Below, piece after piece: positions 53,963-64,000 of a stretch of 64,000 nt of DNA. Each line of letters opens with the position of its first letter. The first letter of the stretch is position 1. The notes under the pieces are model-generated. The model was not told the DNA's origin. It saw only the letters and a program-made list of their open reading frames with translations, and did not search any database. Origin of the DNA: the human T2T-CHM13v2.0 reference genome, Homo sapiens; the NCBI RefSeq assembly GCF_009914755.1, contig NC_060932.1, one strand, 5' to 3'. The position numbers and the translations under genes are program-made.

Positions 53963-54731
53963 TGTTATGTGCTGATTTGTGTCTCCCCCAATTCACATGT
54001 TGAAGCCCTAACCCCCTCTCTACCCCGGTACCTCAGAATGTGACCTTATTTGGAAAGAGAATCTTTAAAGAGGTAATCAAGTTGAAATGAGTTCATTAGG
54101 GTGGGCCCTAATCCAGAATGACTGGTGTCCTTATGAAAAGGGGAAATTTGGAGATAGAGAGACACACAGGGAGAACTCCATGTGGAGATGAAGGCAGAGA
54201 CCGGTGATGCTGCCACCAGCCAAGGAGCACCAAGGAAAGTCCACTGAAAACCACTGGAAGCTCAGAGAGAGGCAGGGGACAGATTCTCCCTCAGGGCCTC
54301 CAGAAGGAACCAACCCTGCTGATATCTTTTTTCATTTTTGATTTCTGTGGGTACATAGTAGGTGTATGTATGCATGGAGCACATGAGATGTTTTGATACA
54401 GGCATGCAATGTGAAATAAGCACATCATGGAGAATGGGGTATCTATCACCTCAAGCATTTATCTTTTGAGTTGCAAACAATCTAGTTATACTTTGTTATT
54501 TCAAAATGTATGATTAAGTTATTATTGACTATAGTCACCTTATTGTGCTGTCAAATAGTAGGTCTCATTCATTCTTTCTGCCTTTTTTTGTTTGTTTGTT
54601 TTTTGTAACCGGCCTGCTGATATCTTGGTCCTGGACTTCTGGCCTCCAGAACTGGGAAACAGCAGGTTTCCGTTGTTTAAGCCATGCGGTTTGTGGCACT
54701 TTGTTATGGCAGCCCTAGCAAACTAATGCAA
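53963..54731 (+). mobile_element. MLT1B-like LTR interrupted by an L1MA 3' end (minus, ~54329-54612)
   Basis: TGTTATGTGCTGATTTGTGTCTCCCCC...GGCAGCCCTAGCAAACTAAT; the L1 is flanked by a 14-bp TSD CCTGCTGATATCTT. Confidence 0.9.
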
Positions 54732-55903
54732 GTGTGTTTATGAGCACTAACACTGTGAACATTTGGAAATAATAAGAGAGACGGATTTCCACTGTTACTT
54801 CCTCACACTTTTTTCTGAGATTGGATCTATTTCCTGGCTGTTTAGATTCAAATAGCATTTATTTGTATCTACTATTTGCATTTACTGTATGTGAGAATTT
54901 TTCTTTTTGACACTAGTTTATATCACCCTCCGAAATAACCTCATAAACCATTGTTCTCATCACTTGCCAGATGAGGAGCTGGGATTCAGTGAGATGAAGA
55001 GACTGAGCCAGGCCACCAGCTTGGAAGTGGGAGAGCTAGGATCAGAATTCAGGTCTCTTGTTTCTGAATTCAGGGCAGGGTCCATTGTGCTGTGCTGCTA
55101 AGCACGAATGTAGTACCCTCCCCCACCCCATCTGCCTTGGGCTTTTCTGAAAATATTAACCATTTAGCGTGGGAGCCTCCTGCTAGCATTTACAAGGCTG
55201 AGTCCTGCAGCTCTGCGGTGCTTACACTGCCCTCTCCCTGTGCTGAGTGCCCGTGCTGCTCCAATCTCCATCTCCATAGAAAGGGTTGCAGGAGGTGCCC
55301 CAGGTGTCACCTGCATCCCAGTCACCTGACAGGCCCATTAAACAGGAACAGTCTTTAGGCAGAATCATATATTTTTTTCTGGTTTCAAATGCAGTGCATG
55401 CTCCTAATTAAACATTTAAAAAGCATAGAAAAAGCACACAGAGGAAAATAATGCCTCTCTCAGCATTTAGGTTTCATCTTTCAGGTCCCATGAAGACGAT
55501 GCTGTATTTGCATCTTATACGTGAAGGTGATGTTTAAAGTTCCGGATGGGGGGATGGGAAAAATTCCTCAAACTGCTTGGAAGCTCAAAAACCAAGAAAA
55601 ATTATATTTGTTCATTTTTGTATTTAGGAAACTATATGGAGGTAGTGGGAGCCCAAGTCTAGTTTGAATGGAGGAAGAGAAAGGGGGAAAGGTCATGGAG
55701 AAGTAAAGGGATTTTTCTTTTTTTCTTTCAATACTGGGCAAATATACTTGAATTCAGGCAAATTACATACCAGGTAATTACTGTAGGTGATTCCTCCATG
55801 TTTCCCTCTTACCTCCCCCTCAAGCCCCCACAACAGGCTCAGGCTGAGTATGCTGTTCTATATTTTTCCTAGCTGTTTTCTGGGATTTAGTCTCTTTATG
55901 GGT

Positions 55904-56263
55904 TGTATTAGTCTGTTTTCATGCTGCCGACGAAGACACACCTGAGACTGGGTAATTTATAAGGAAGAAGAGGTTTAATGGACTCACAGTTCCATGTGGC
56001 TGGGGAGGCCTCACAATTATGATGGAAGGTGAAAGGCACATCTCACATGGCAGCAGACAAGAGAAGAGAGCTTGTGCAGGGAAACTCCCCTTTATAAAAC
56101 CATCGGATCTCATGAGACTTATTCACTATTATGAGAACAGCATGGGAAAGACTCACCCCCATGATTCAATTACCTCCCACCTGGCCCCTCCCACAACACA
56201 TGGGAATTGTGGGAGATACAATTCAAGATAAGATTTGGGTGGGGACACAGCCAAACCATATCA
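55904..56263 (-). mobile_element. THE1B-like solo LTR
   Basis: TGTATTAGTCTGTTTTCATGCTG...CACAGCCAAACCATATCA; TSD TGGGT/TGGAT. Confidence 0.92.
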
Positions 56264-56281
56264 TGGATATAGAAACATGGC

Positions 56282-56351
56282 TGTGTGTGTGTGTGTGTGT
56301 GTGTGTGTGTCTGTGTGTATGGCTGGGTGTGTCTGTGTGTGTGTGTGTGTG
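56282..56351. repeat. Interrupted (TG)n microsatellite
   Basis: Direct reading. Confidence 0.9.
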
Positions 56352-56751
56352 CAGGGACCAGCTTTCTGAGTCTCAAATGCCCTTGAGGTCAGACAGGTTG
56401 GCTGCCCAGAGCTATGGCTGGTACCACTCCATAGGCTTCCAGCTCTAGGTCTTTGTGTCAGATGGGATAGGTACCTAATGTCTGCCTACATCTCACCATG
56501 TGGCTTCTGTGTAATGAAGCAAAACCAAAAGTCTGGGTAGGTTTTTCTTAATCTAACACAATCTGCTTTACAAATGATGCCAGCTTCTCCTAGATTCTGG
56601 GATTAGGTTGCCTACCAGTCTTCACTTGTGGTGATGTTGTGAGTCTTGGTCTTTTTCTATGTCTTCACAGGCATTTTAGTGGGCAGTTAGGCAAAGCTGA
56701 TGCCCTTTGGCCTGGATATCCAACCCAGGGATTCTTGACCTTCTTCTCTAA

Positions 56752-57266
<515 letters not shown>

Positions 57267-57779
57267 TAGGAATTTGATTTTAACAACAGGCATTTATCAG
57301 CTGTGTGACCCTCAGCAAGTTTCTTAGCCTCTCTGGGTTTCAGTTTCCACATTGTAGGATGGGACTTATCGAAGAATTAATGCATTCACAAGTACAAAGG
57401 GCTTAGTGTTTCAGTGTTGTGCATTCTAGCAGCCAGGATCCCCTCACATCCTCACGCTTGCACCAGGCTTGTCATGCCAACCTCAAACCTTGGGTCACCC
57501 TTCCCCTCTGTTCCTTACACTCTTGTTTTGGAGCTGCCCAGCATTTCTGGAAAAAGTCATGCATGTTATGATTGCCCCTATAAGCAATTCATGCTCTAGA
57601 ACAATGATCTCACCACCTCTCAGCAATTCTATTCATTCCTCATTAATATGCGGTGACAGACCCCATATAATAGCCCCTGATGCTATCCTATACTTTCCCT
57701 CTGAATATAAAAAAAAAAATCACAGACTTGCTGTGAATTCTCCCATTTTTCCTTCCAGTGACCCAGCATACATCCTTCT

Positions 57780-58598
57780 TGCCATCTGAGCATTTCTAAA
57801 CATCTTTAGCGATCCTTTCCTCCTAGTCTGTCCATTTGAATTCTAAGTGCACTGACAAGGTTGCCCCTTGTTGTAACCATATATGGGAACCTCACAGGCA
57901 GCTCCATTTGGATGAAGGTCTACTCTGCATCTCCATGGGCCCTCCCCAAGCCCAAGCCACATCCGTCTTCCACTTGAACATCTGCCATAGCCTGCTTCCA
58001 TTCATACCCTTGACAATTCATTCTTCATGTCATAGGCAGAACGATCTTTTAAAAACATATGTCAGGTCCTGTCACTCTCTTGTTTAATGCCTTCTGATAG
58101 CTTCCTGTTCTACTATGTGTAGAATAAAATCCCAGTCCCTTCCTTGGCCTCCAGGGGCCTGCATGACGAGGTCCCTGCTGATTTTCCAGCATGATTTCAT
58201 TGTTTACTCTGCTCTGTTTTTTGCTCAGCGTGTTCCGGCCACGCTTGATTCCCCTCTGTTCTCTGAATACATGGAGCCCCTTCCTGTCACAGGCCTTCAC
58301 ACTTGCTGCAATGTGCTTCCTCCCCACACCCGCCCCCTCTGTGTGGTTAACTCCTCTTCACCCTTTGGCTCTCAGTTCAGATGTCACCTCCTCAGAGAGA
58401 CCAGCCTTCCCCAGTGGCCATCTGGTCATTTCCTTCCTAACACCACTGCCTGTCATTGTCTTGTTCGTTTACTGTTTATTTCTTGACTCTCTCGCTTCAA
58501 GAGGTCAAGGATCTGATGGACTCACCCACTGTTACAGTCCAAGTGCTTAGAATAGTGCCCAGCACAGAGTAGGCACTCGGTGGATGTTTGTTGAATGA
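57780..58598 (+). mobile_element. L2 3' region
   Basis: CTCAGTTCAGATGTCACCTCCTCAGAGAGACC...AGTGCCCAGCACAGAGTAGGCACTC...TTGTTGAATGA. Confidence 0.75.
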
Positions 58599-58619
58599 AG
58601 GGAACCCTCCACACCTTTT

Positions 58620-59200
58620 GTACCAGTTAGGGATTGCATCTGGCTGCCTGAACAGAAACCAACTCCAGGAATGGGATTTAGCCCATGGAAGGTCTGCACA
58701 GAGGTCTGGAGGTCGGCGGCCACACCCAGTCACGGACACTGTGGAGGAGCTGGGCTCCTTTGGCTTTATTGCTCTGCCATCCTTAGTGTGTGGATTTCAT
58801 CCTCATGGCTGCGAGATGCTGCACCATCTTATTTCAAATGGGAAGAAGGAGACGGGCAGAAAGGGGCATTCTGCCTGATCTGTTCCTTATCTGTAAAATG
58901 ACAGTTTTCCTCAAACCCAGTAAACTTTGCTTGGGTCTTATTGGTCAGAAGTGTATGATGTAGGTGTTCTGGGCTACAAGGGTGTCTAGGAACTCAAAAC
59001 TTTTAGCTTTTTACCCTATATTGACCAGGCATTGGATGTGGGCTTCCCCAGCAAGGGGATGTGATGTTGTGTGAGGTCATTTCCTTCCACACAGGGAACT
59101 TTCAAGCTACCCTAAAAGTATCAGGGTCCTCTTGGCAAAGGAAAAATGGGGAGAACAGATACTGGGCAGGCTGCCAGCAGAGTGGTCACTTCTTTCATCC
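58620..59200 (-). mobile_element. Old MaLR LTR (MLT1-like)
   Basis: TACCAGTTAGGGATTGCATCTGGCTGC...CTTATTGGTCAGAAGTGT. Confidence 0.5.
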
Positions 59201-60563
59201 TATAGCTGTGGTCAGAGAGGAGAGAAGATTTCCAGGAACAAGAAGGGGGAAAGGAATTAGGTAAGTGAGGAGGGAGAGAAGTTCTGCCAGAAACCAAGGT
59301 GACATGATTGCTAGTGTTACAATTTTGCCGTAACAACAATAATAATATTGTTTTTAATATTTTCATGTTTCAAGTAAGTTCATAAGGTGAACATTCTCTG
59401 GAAAAACCACATATGCTAATATTGAAATAATTTTTAAAAATAATGCAATACCTTAAACTTTAATCTTTTAGAATGGTCTTTTAACTTCAGACTGTGCTGT
59501 GTACATGAAATGCATGGTGGACATTCCCTTGTCTTCTGCCTTATTTTCCTGCAAGATTAATGCCAGCCAGAGACTGATGTGCCAGCTAATATTCCATGGC
59601 ACCAATTTCCAGTTAGTGGGAACATTTGTGGGTGTCTGCTGTGCAGGGTCACACTGCTGCTCAGGCTGGGAGCTTCTGTTGGAGAAGCAGCTCGCAGCCA
59701 ACTGGCAAATTTAAAGAGTTGACAGTGTTTTCTGTGGAAGTTCAAATAACCCAACCTGCTGCTGTCTCTAGGGCTTGTGGACTTTAGGGCGTTAAGAAAC
59801 TGGAAAGGCTTGCAGAAAATAGCAGGGCAGTTTGGGAAACTGGTCACCATGACAACAGGGCATGGCAGCGGTTACAATGGAAGCAGAGACCGCCTGTGCA
59901 CCCTTCCTAAGAGGAATGATTCAGGCTTAAGCACCTCAATAAACAACTGGCATGTTTGAAACCGAGGCCTCATTAAACGATTACCTCCAAGAATCACTTT
60001 TCAAGGGCAGTCTTCATAGCAGTCAGGCTCACACTTTCTTGCTGGGGTGATAAGTGATGATGTACAAGCACAAACGAACACAGCTACGACCTCATGGTGT
60101 GGCTTCCATTAATTGGGTGCTCAGCATGTGCCGGGCTTTGCAGATTTATTAGCTAACTCTGTTATTTCCATTTTACAGAAGGGGGTAGTCAGAGCGGTGG
60201 GATGGCTTGTCTAAATGTACACGGGCTGTGAGCAGTGGGGTGGGGTTTGGAACTCAGGTCTGTCTCATTCTGAGCCCTGTGGTCTTTCCTGTACACCAGC
60301 CCCTTCATGGATTGCTAGCTTCTGTCCTCACCGCCTTTCACCTAGACATTTGCAACAACTTTTGGACTAGTCTTCACACCCCCAGTCACTCCCACTCCAA
60401 TCCCCTTCACATTATTGCCAGGTAAATACTCCCAAGTACAGCTGGGATCATTATTGTGTTATTCTTCCACTCAAAGCCTTTCATGATTTCCCACTATCTA
60501 CTGAATACAAATGTCTTAGTATGGAATTCAAGGCTTTCTCTCCAGCCTCTCCATACAACCTTT

Positions 60564-60640
60564 GGGGTGATGGGTGGGGCAATGGGATCAGGTGCCTCAA
60601 AGGGCATCCCACCTGATCCCACAGCCCCACCTGTCACCCC
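60564..60640 (+). ncRNA. MIR3151: pre-miR-3151 hairpin; 5p mature GGUGGGGCAAUGGGAUCAGGU at 60573-60593, 3p arm ~60612-60632
   Basis: 34-position stem (60561-60594 with 60610-60643) with two G-U pairs and a 2x2 internal loop. The mature sequence matches my recall of hsa-miR-3151-5p, known to lie in BAALC intron 1. Confidence 0.9.
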
Positions 60641-60784
60641 AAAAGCCTGCTGCTCCTGCCCTTCTGCTTCAGTTATGTGTTCCCTGATAGCACACACCAT
60701 TTAGGACACTTACTCCCTTTTGAGTTTTCTTATTTATGATTGTGACTTATCTCTGCTATTATACTGTATACTCTTAAAGACAGA

Positions 60785-61610
60785 GCCAAGAAACAGACTC
60801 TGAGGTAAACCCTTACTGGAGAGAGCTCTAGTAACACCACCTGTGATGTGGGCCTCTTACCTATCTCAAGCTATATATATATAAAATATATATGGAGAAT
60901 AGTATAATAAACCTCCATGTACCCATCATCAGCTTCAACAATTATCAACATATTGCAAAGCTTGTTTCATCTCTGCCTCCATTCCACTTCGCCAATTAAA
61001 CATTTTTGAAGCAAATTCCACAAGTCATGTAACTTCATCCATGAATACTTCAGTATGAATCTCTAATAAACTGGGACTCTTTAAAAAAGATATTAGATTG
61101 GACCATATCTATTAGATCGGACCAAAAAGATATTAGATTGGACCATTTTGTTATTTTTGTAGGTTGAAATAGTGTAATATTAGCAATTTCATATACTTCA
61201 AACTAATATATAACCATGATACCATCATCACACCTAAAAATTAATGAAAACTTCTTAATTCTCTAATAATAATTCAGTCAGCATCCCAGTTTCTCTAATA
61301 GGGTGAGGGGCACAGTCCAGGGCAGAGGGAGGAGTGGAATGGCTGTTGTAATAGGGGCTTCAGCTGATGCCCTGGGGAGCTCTGGAGCTGGGATGGCCAT
61401 TCAGCAATTGAGAAGACTGGGCCTTTTTACCCTGTATCGGCCAGGCGCTGGATGCAGTCTTCCCCTAGCAAGTAGGTGTGACCTTGGGTAAGGTCATTTC
61501 CTTCCACAGGAGCAGTGCCTGGAGAGGCACTCAGCTGTGATCCTTTAGCGGCTAACTCTCCTAGCAGCTGGAGAATCTGGTGCTGCCGTCCCATAGGAAG
61601 ACCTGGCAGT
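60785..61610 (-). mobile_element. ERVL LTR16-like element split by an insert (~60847-61300)
   Basis: AAACAGACTCTGAG...AACACCACCTGTGA resumes at GGGTGAGGGG...GGGCAGAGGGAG...GGGGAGCTCTGGAGCTGGGATGGCC. Confidence 0.5.
61130..61209. mobile_element. MADE2-like mariner MITE (copy in the duplicated block)
   Basis: TATTAGATTGGACCAT...GCAATTTCATATACTTCAAACTAATA, ~80 bp with degenerate TIRs. Confidence 0.7.
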
Positions 61611-61639
61611 AATCACCTTACTCATCTTTCTGCTTCCCT

Positions 61640-62070
61640 AGTGGCTGCATATCAGATTCACCTGGGGAATCTCAAACAAACGTCCCACCCCAGGCACTTC
61701 TGATTTGGTAGTGGGAGTGCAGCTAGAAAACCTGCAGTGTCTCCATGTTCTCTAGGTCAGTGGAGAGTGAAATTTCGTGGGTCTGGGGTGGACCTGAGAT
61801 TCTGCATGTTTGACAGGCTTCCAAGTGATGCTGATGCTGCTGGTCCAGAGGTCCTAGATCAGAGGTTAGCAAACTTTTTCTGTAAAGGGACAGAGGGTAA
61901 ATATTTCAGGCTTTGTGGGCCACGTGATTTCTTTTGCAACTACTCAACTTCTCTGTTTTTAATGCCAAAGCAGCTATAGACAATATATAAATGAATGAGC
62001 GTGTCTGTGTTCCAATGCCCACTCCTGTCCTAGATGATTTTGAAGCACAGCCAGATTTAAGAGCCACTGT
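61640..62070. mobile_element. MER5A-like element with nested MER58A-like element (~61858-62015)
   Basis: GGTCTGGGGTGGACCTGAGATTCTGCATG...GTGATGCTGATGCTGCTGGTCC; CAGAGGTTAGCAAACTTTTTCTGTAAAGGG. Confidence 0.7.
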
Positions 62071-63065
62071 CTTTAATCCCCAAGGCAGTGTGGAAGAGAG
62101 AAAAAAAAGCATAGGATTTGCAGTTACTAGTCCTAGCCCTCAGAAACATCTCTAAATAGCTCAGCACATGCTGAACACTCAAATAATGTTTCTAGAATAA
62201 CGAACAGACAATGAATTAATGGAATTAAGTTCATTTCTCACCGTGAAGGCAGTTTTTAAAGTATCTTGGATAACATTTGTTCATCAAAGTATTAGAGATT
62301 TTATTATGCAAATCATGCTCTTGAGTTGGGTGGGATTCAGGAAGAATATGGCATCACGCAGAGTAAGGTAGAGGGTGCTTGAAGATCAATTTCATCTTCA
62401 TAAGGGATTCTCCTTGCCTTGGGCTCTGAGGAATGTTGGGATGCCTTAATCCCTTCAGCACAGGTCACTGTTGATTTAGAGAGTTGGGTGCAGCTACCAT
62501 GGCCTGAGTTGTTTTCTCAGCTGAATCAGATTCAGACAGGGCTTCTTCTGAGACGGTGGAATGTTCTTCTAACAGGTGTGAGGAATAATTATCTCACTGT
62601 GTCTCTCTGAGTTTCACTTACCTTTCCTTAACTCTGTTATTGCCACAGGCTGTAATGCCAGAAATGAGGGTTTTTGGAAAGTCGCTGCATGTCTGCTTGG
62701 TTGTGAGTCTGGGCAGCTGATGAATGGGTTGCTGTTATGGTGTTTACTTTTCTGAATCAGGTGTTCCTTTGCAGAGGCAGGGGGCTTCCAGCCATTATGT
62801 AAGCTTTCAGAAAATACCCAATGATCTTCTTAGAGAAAGAGCACCATTTAAATAGAAGCTACTAAAATCGTTAACACGGGGACCCAGAGAGAGTGTGCCC
62901 ATGCCCTTTAGCCATATTTGTCTCTTTTGCACATAAATTCAAAATTCAAACGCTGACTCTTCTTGGGATTGCAAAACCCTGTAGCAGTAAGCAAAAAATT
63001 AGTGTGGAATGTATATGATATACAAAAAAGTTATATGAAAAGGTGATCTGAATATGTGTGTAGGT

Positions 63066-63095
63066 ACACACACACACACACACACACCACACACA
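63066..63095. repeat. (CA)n microsatellite
   Basis: Direct reading. Confidence 0.9.
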
Positions 63096-63187
63096 AATGG
63101 AGATTATATCTTCAATTGAGCATCAAACACCATCTGGTTGCAATTGCTCAAAACAATTCTAGAACCCCTTAATTGTAGCCTTAGACA

Positions 63188-64000
63188 TTTTTTAATATAA
63201 CATTTCAAACATATATGAAAATTTGAAACTTTATACGCACATATTTCAAGCTATATATATATATATTTGGATAATATTATATAATAAACCCCCACGTATC
63301 CATCACAGCTTCAACGCATTGCAAATCTTGTTTCATCTCTGCCTCCATTCCCCTTCATCAATTGGGTAATTTTGAAGCAAATTCCGGAAGTCATGTAACT
63401 TCATCCATGAATACTTTAGTATGAATCTCTAAGAAATTAGGACTCTTTTAAAAAGATATTGGGGCTGTCATGGTGGCTCACACCAGTAATCCCAGCACAT
63501 TGGGAGGCTGAGGCAGGAGGATCACCTGAGCCTATGAGTATGAGACCATCCTGGGCAATATAGTGAGGCCTCATCTCTATAAAAAAATTATTTTTAAAAA
63601 ATTAGCCAAGCATGGTGGTGCATGCCTGTAGTCCCAGCTATTCTGGAGGCTAAGCCTGCTTGAGCCTGGGAGGCAGAGGTTACAGTGAGTTGAAATTACA
63701 CCACTGCACTCCAGCCAGGGCAACAGAGCAAGACCCTGTTTCAAAAGAAAATTTTTAAAAAGTAAAAAGATATTGGATTGGACTATATTAAATTGTCATT
63801 TTTTATAGGTTGAAATGGTATAATATCAGCAATTCCGTATGCTTCAACCTAATATATAACCACAATACCATTATCACATCTAAAATTAATGAAAATTCCT
63901 TAATTCTTAATTCTCTAATGTAATAAAAATTCAGCCAGTGCCCAAATTTTCCCAATGGTCTCATAAATGTTTTTCTCTCATTGGTTTGTTTGAATTGAGA
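63188..64000 (-). mobile_element. L1MC-like 3' end containing a MADE2 (63771-63855) and an Alu
   Basis: CATTTCAAACATAT...TTTTGAAGCAAATTCC...ATACCATTATCACATCTAAAATTAAT; MADE2 TIRs TATTGGATTGGAC / CTTCAACCTAATA. Confidence 0.7.
63463..63763 (+). mobile_element. AluJ-like element
   Basis: TSD AAAAAGATATTGG at 63450-63462 and 63764-63776. Confidence 0.92.

Overview
Primate (human-like) genomic DNA, repeat-rich, recognisable as the 5' end of the BAALC locus (human 8q22.3, from recall of the protein sequence). The only confident protein-coding sequence is BAALC coding exon 1 (+, 46847-47006, MGCGGSRADAIEPRYYESWTRETES..., followed by a GTAAGT donor) inside a CpG island. BAALC intron 1 runs to the end of the window and contains the MIR3151 hairpin (~60561-60643). 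An overlapping antisense transcript (BAALC-AS2/C8orf56) can be partly rebuilt from sequence: a minus-strand branch point, acceptor, 105-codon ORF and MIR-derived polyA signal at ~38914-39370. The first ~38 kb is mostly old transposon debris (Tigger1 with an inserted Y3 RNA pseudogene, Alus, L1, L2, MIR, MaLR/ERV LTRs) and carries two good CTCF motifs. I found no convincing wholly new biological system. The most notable points are: a polyproline uORF in the BAALC leader; a G-quadruplex/hairpin overlap and a possible 1-nt variant in pre-miR-3151; a candidate stop-containing cassette exon just upstream of the miRNA; two old locally templated insertions; and a possible decayed coding exon near 8 kb. 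Repeat subfamily names and many repeat boundaries are by eye and approximate. Almost all ORFs in the supplied track look spurious.
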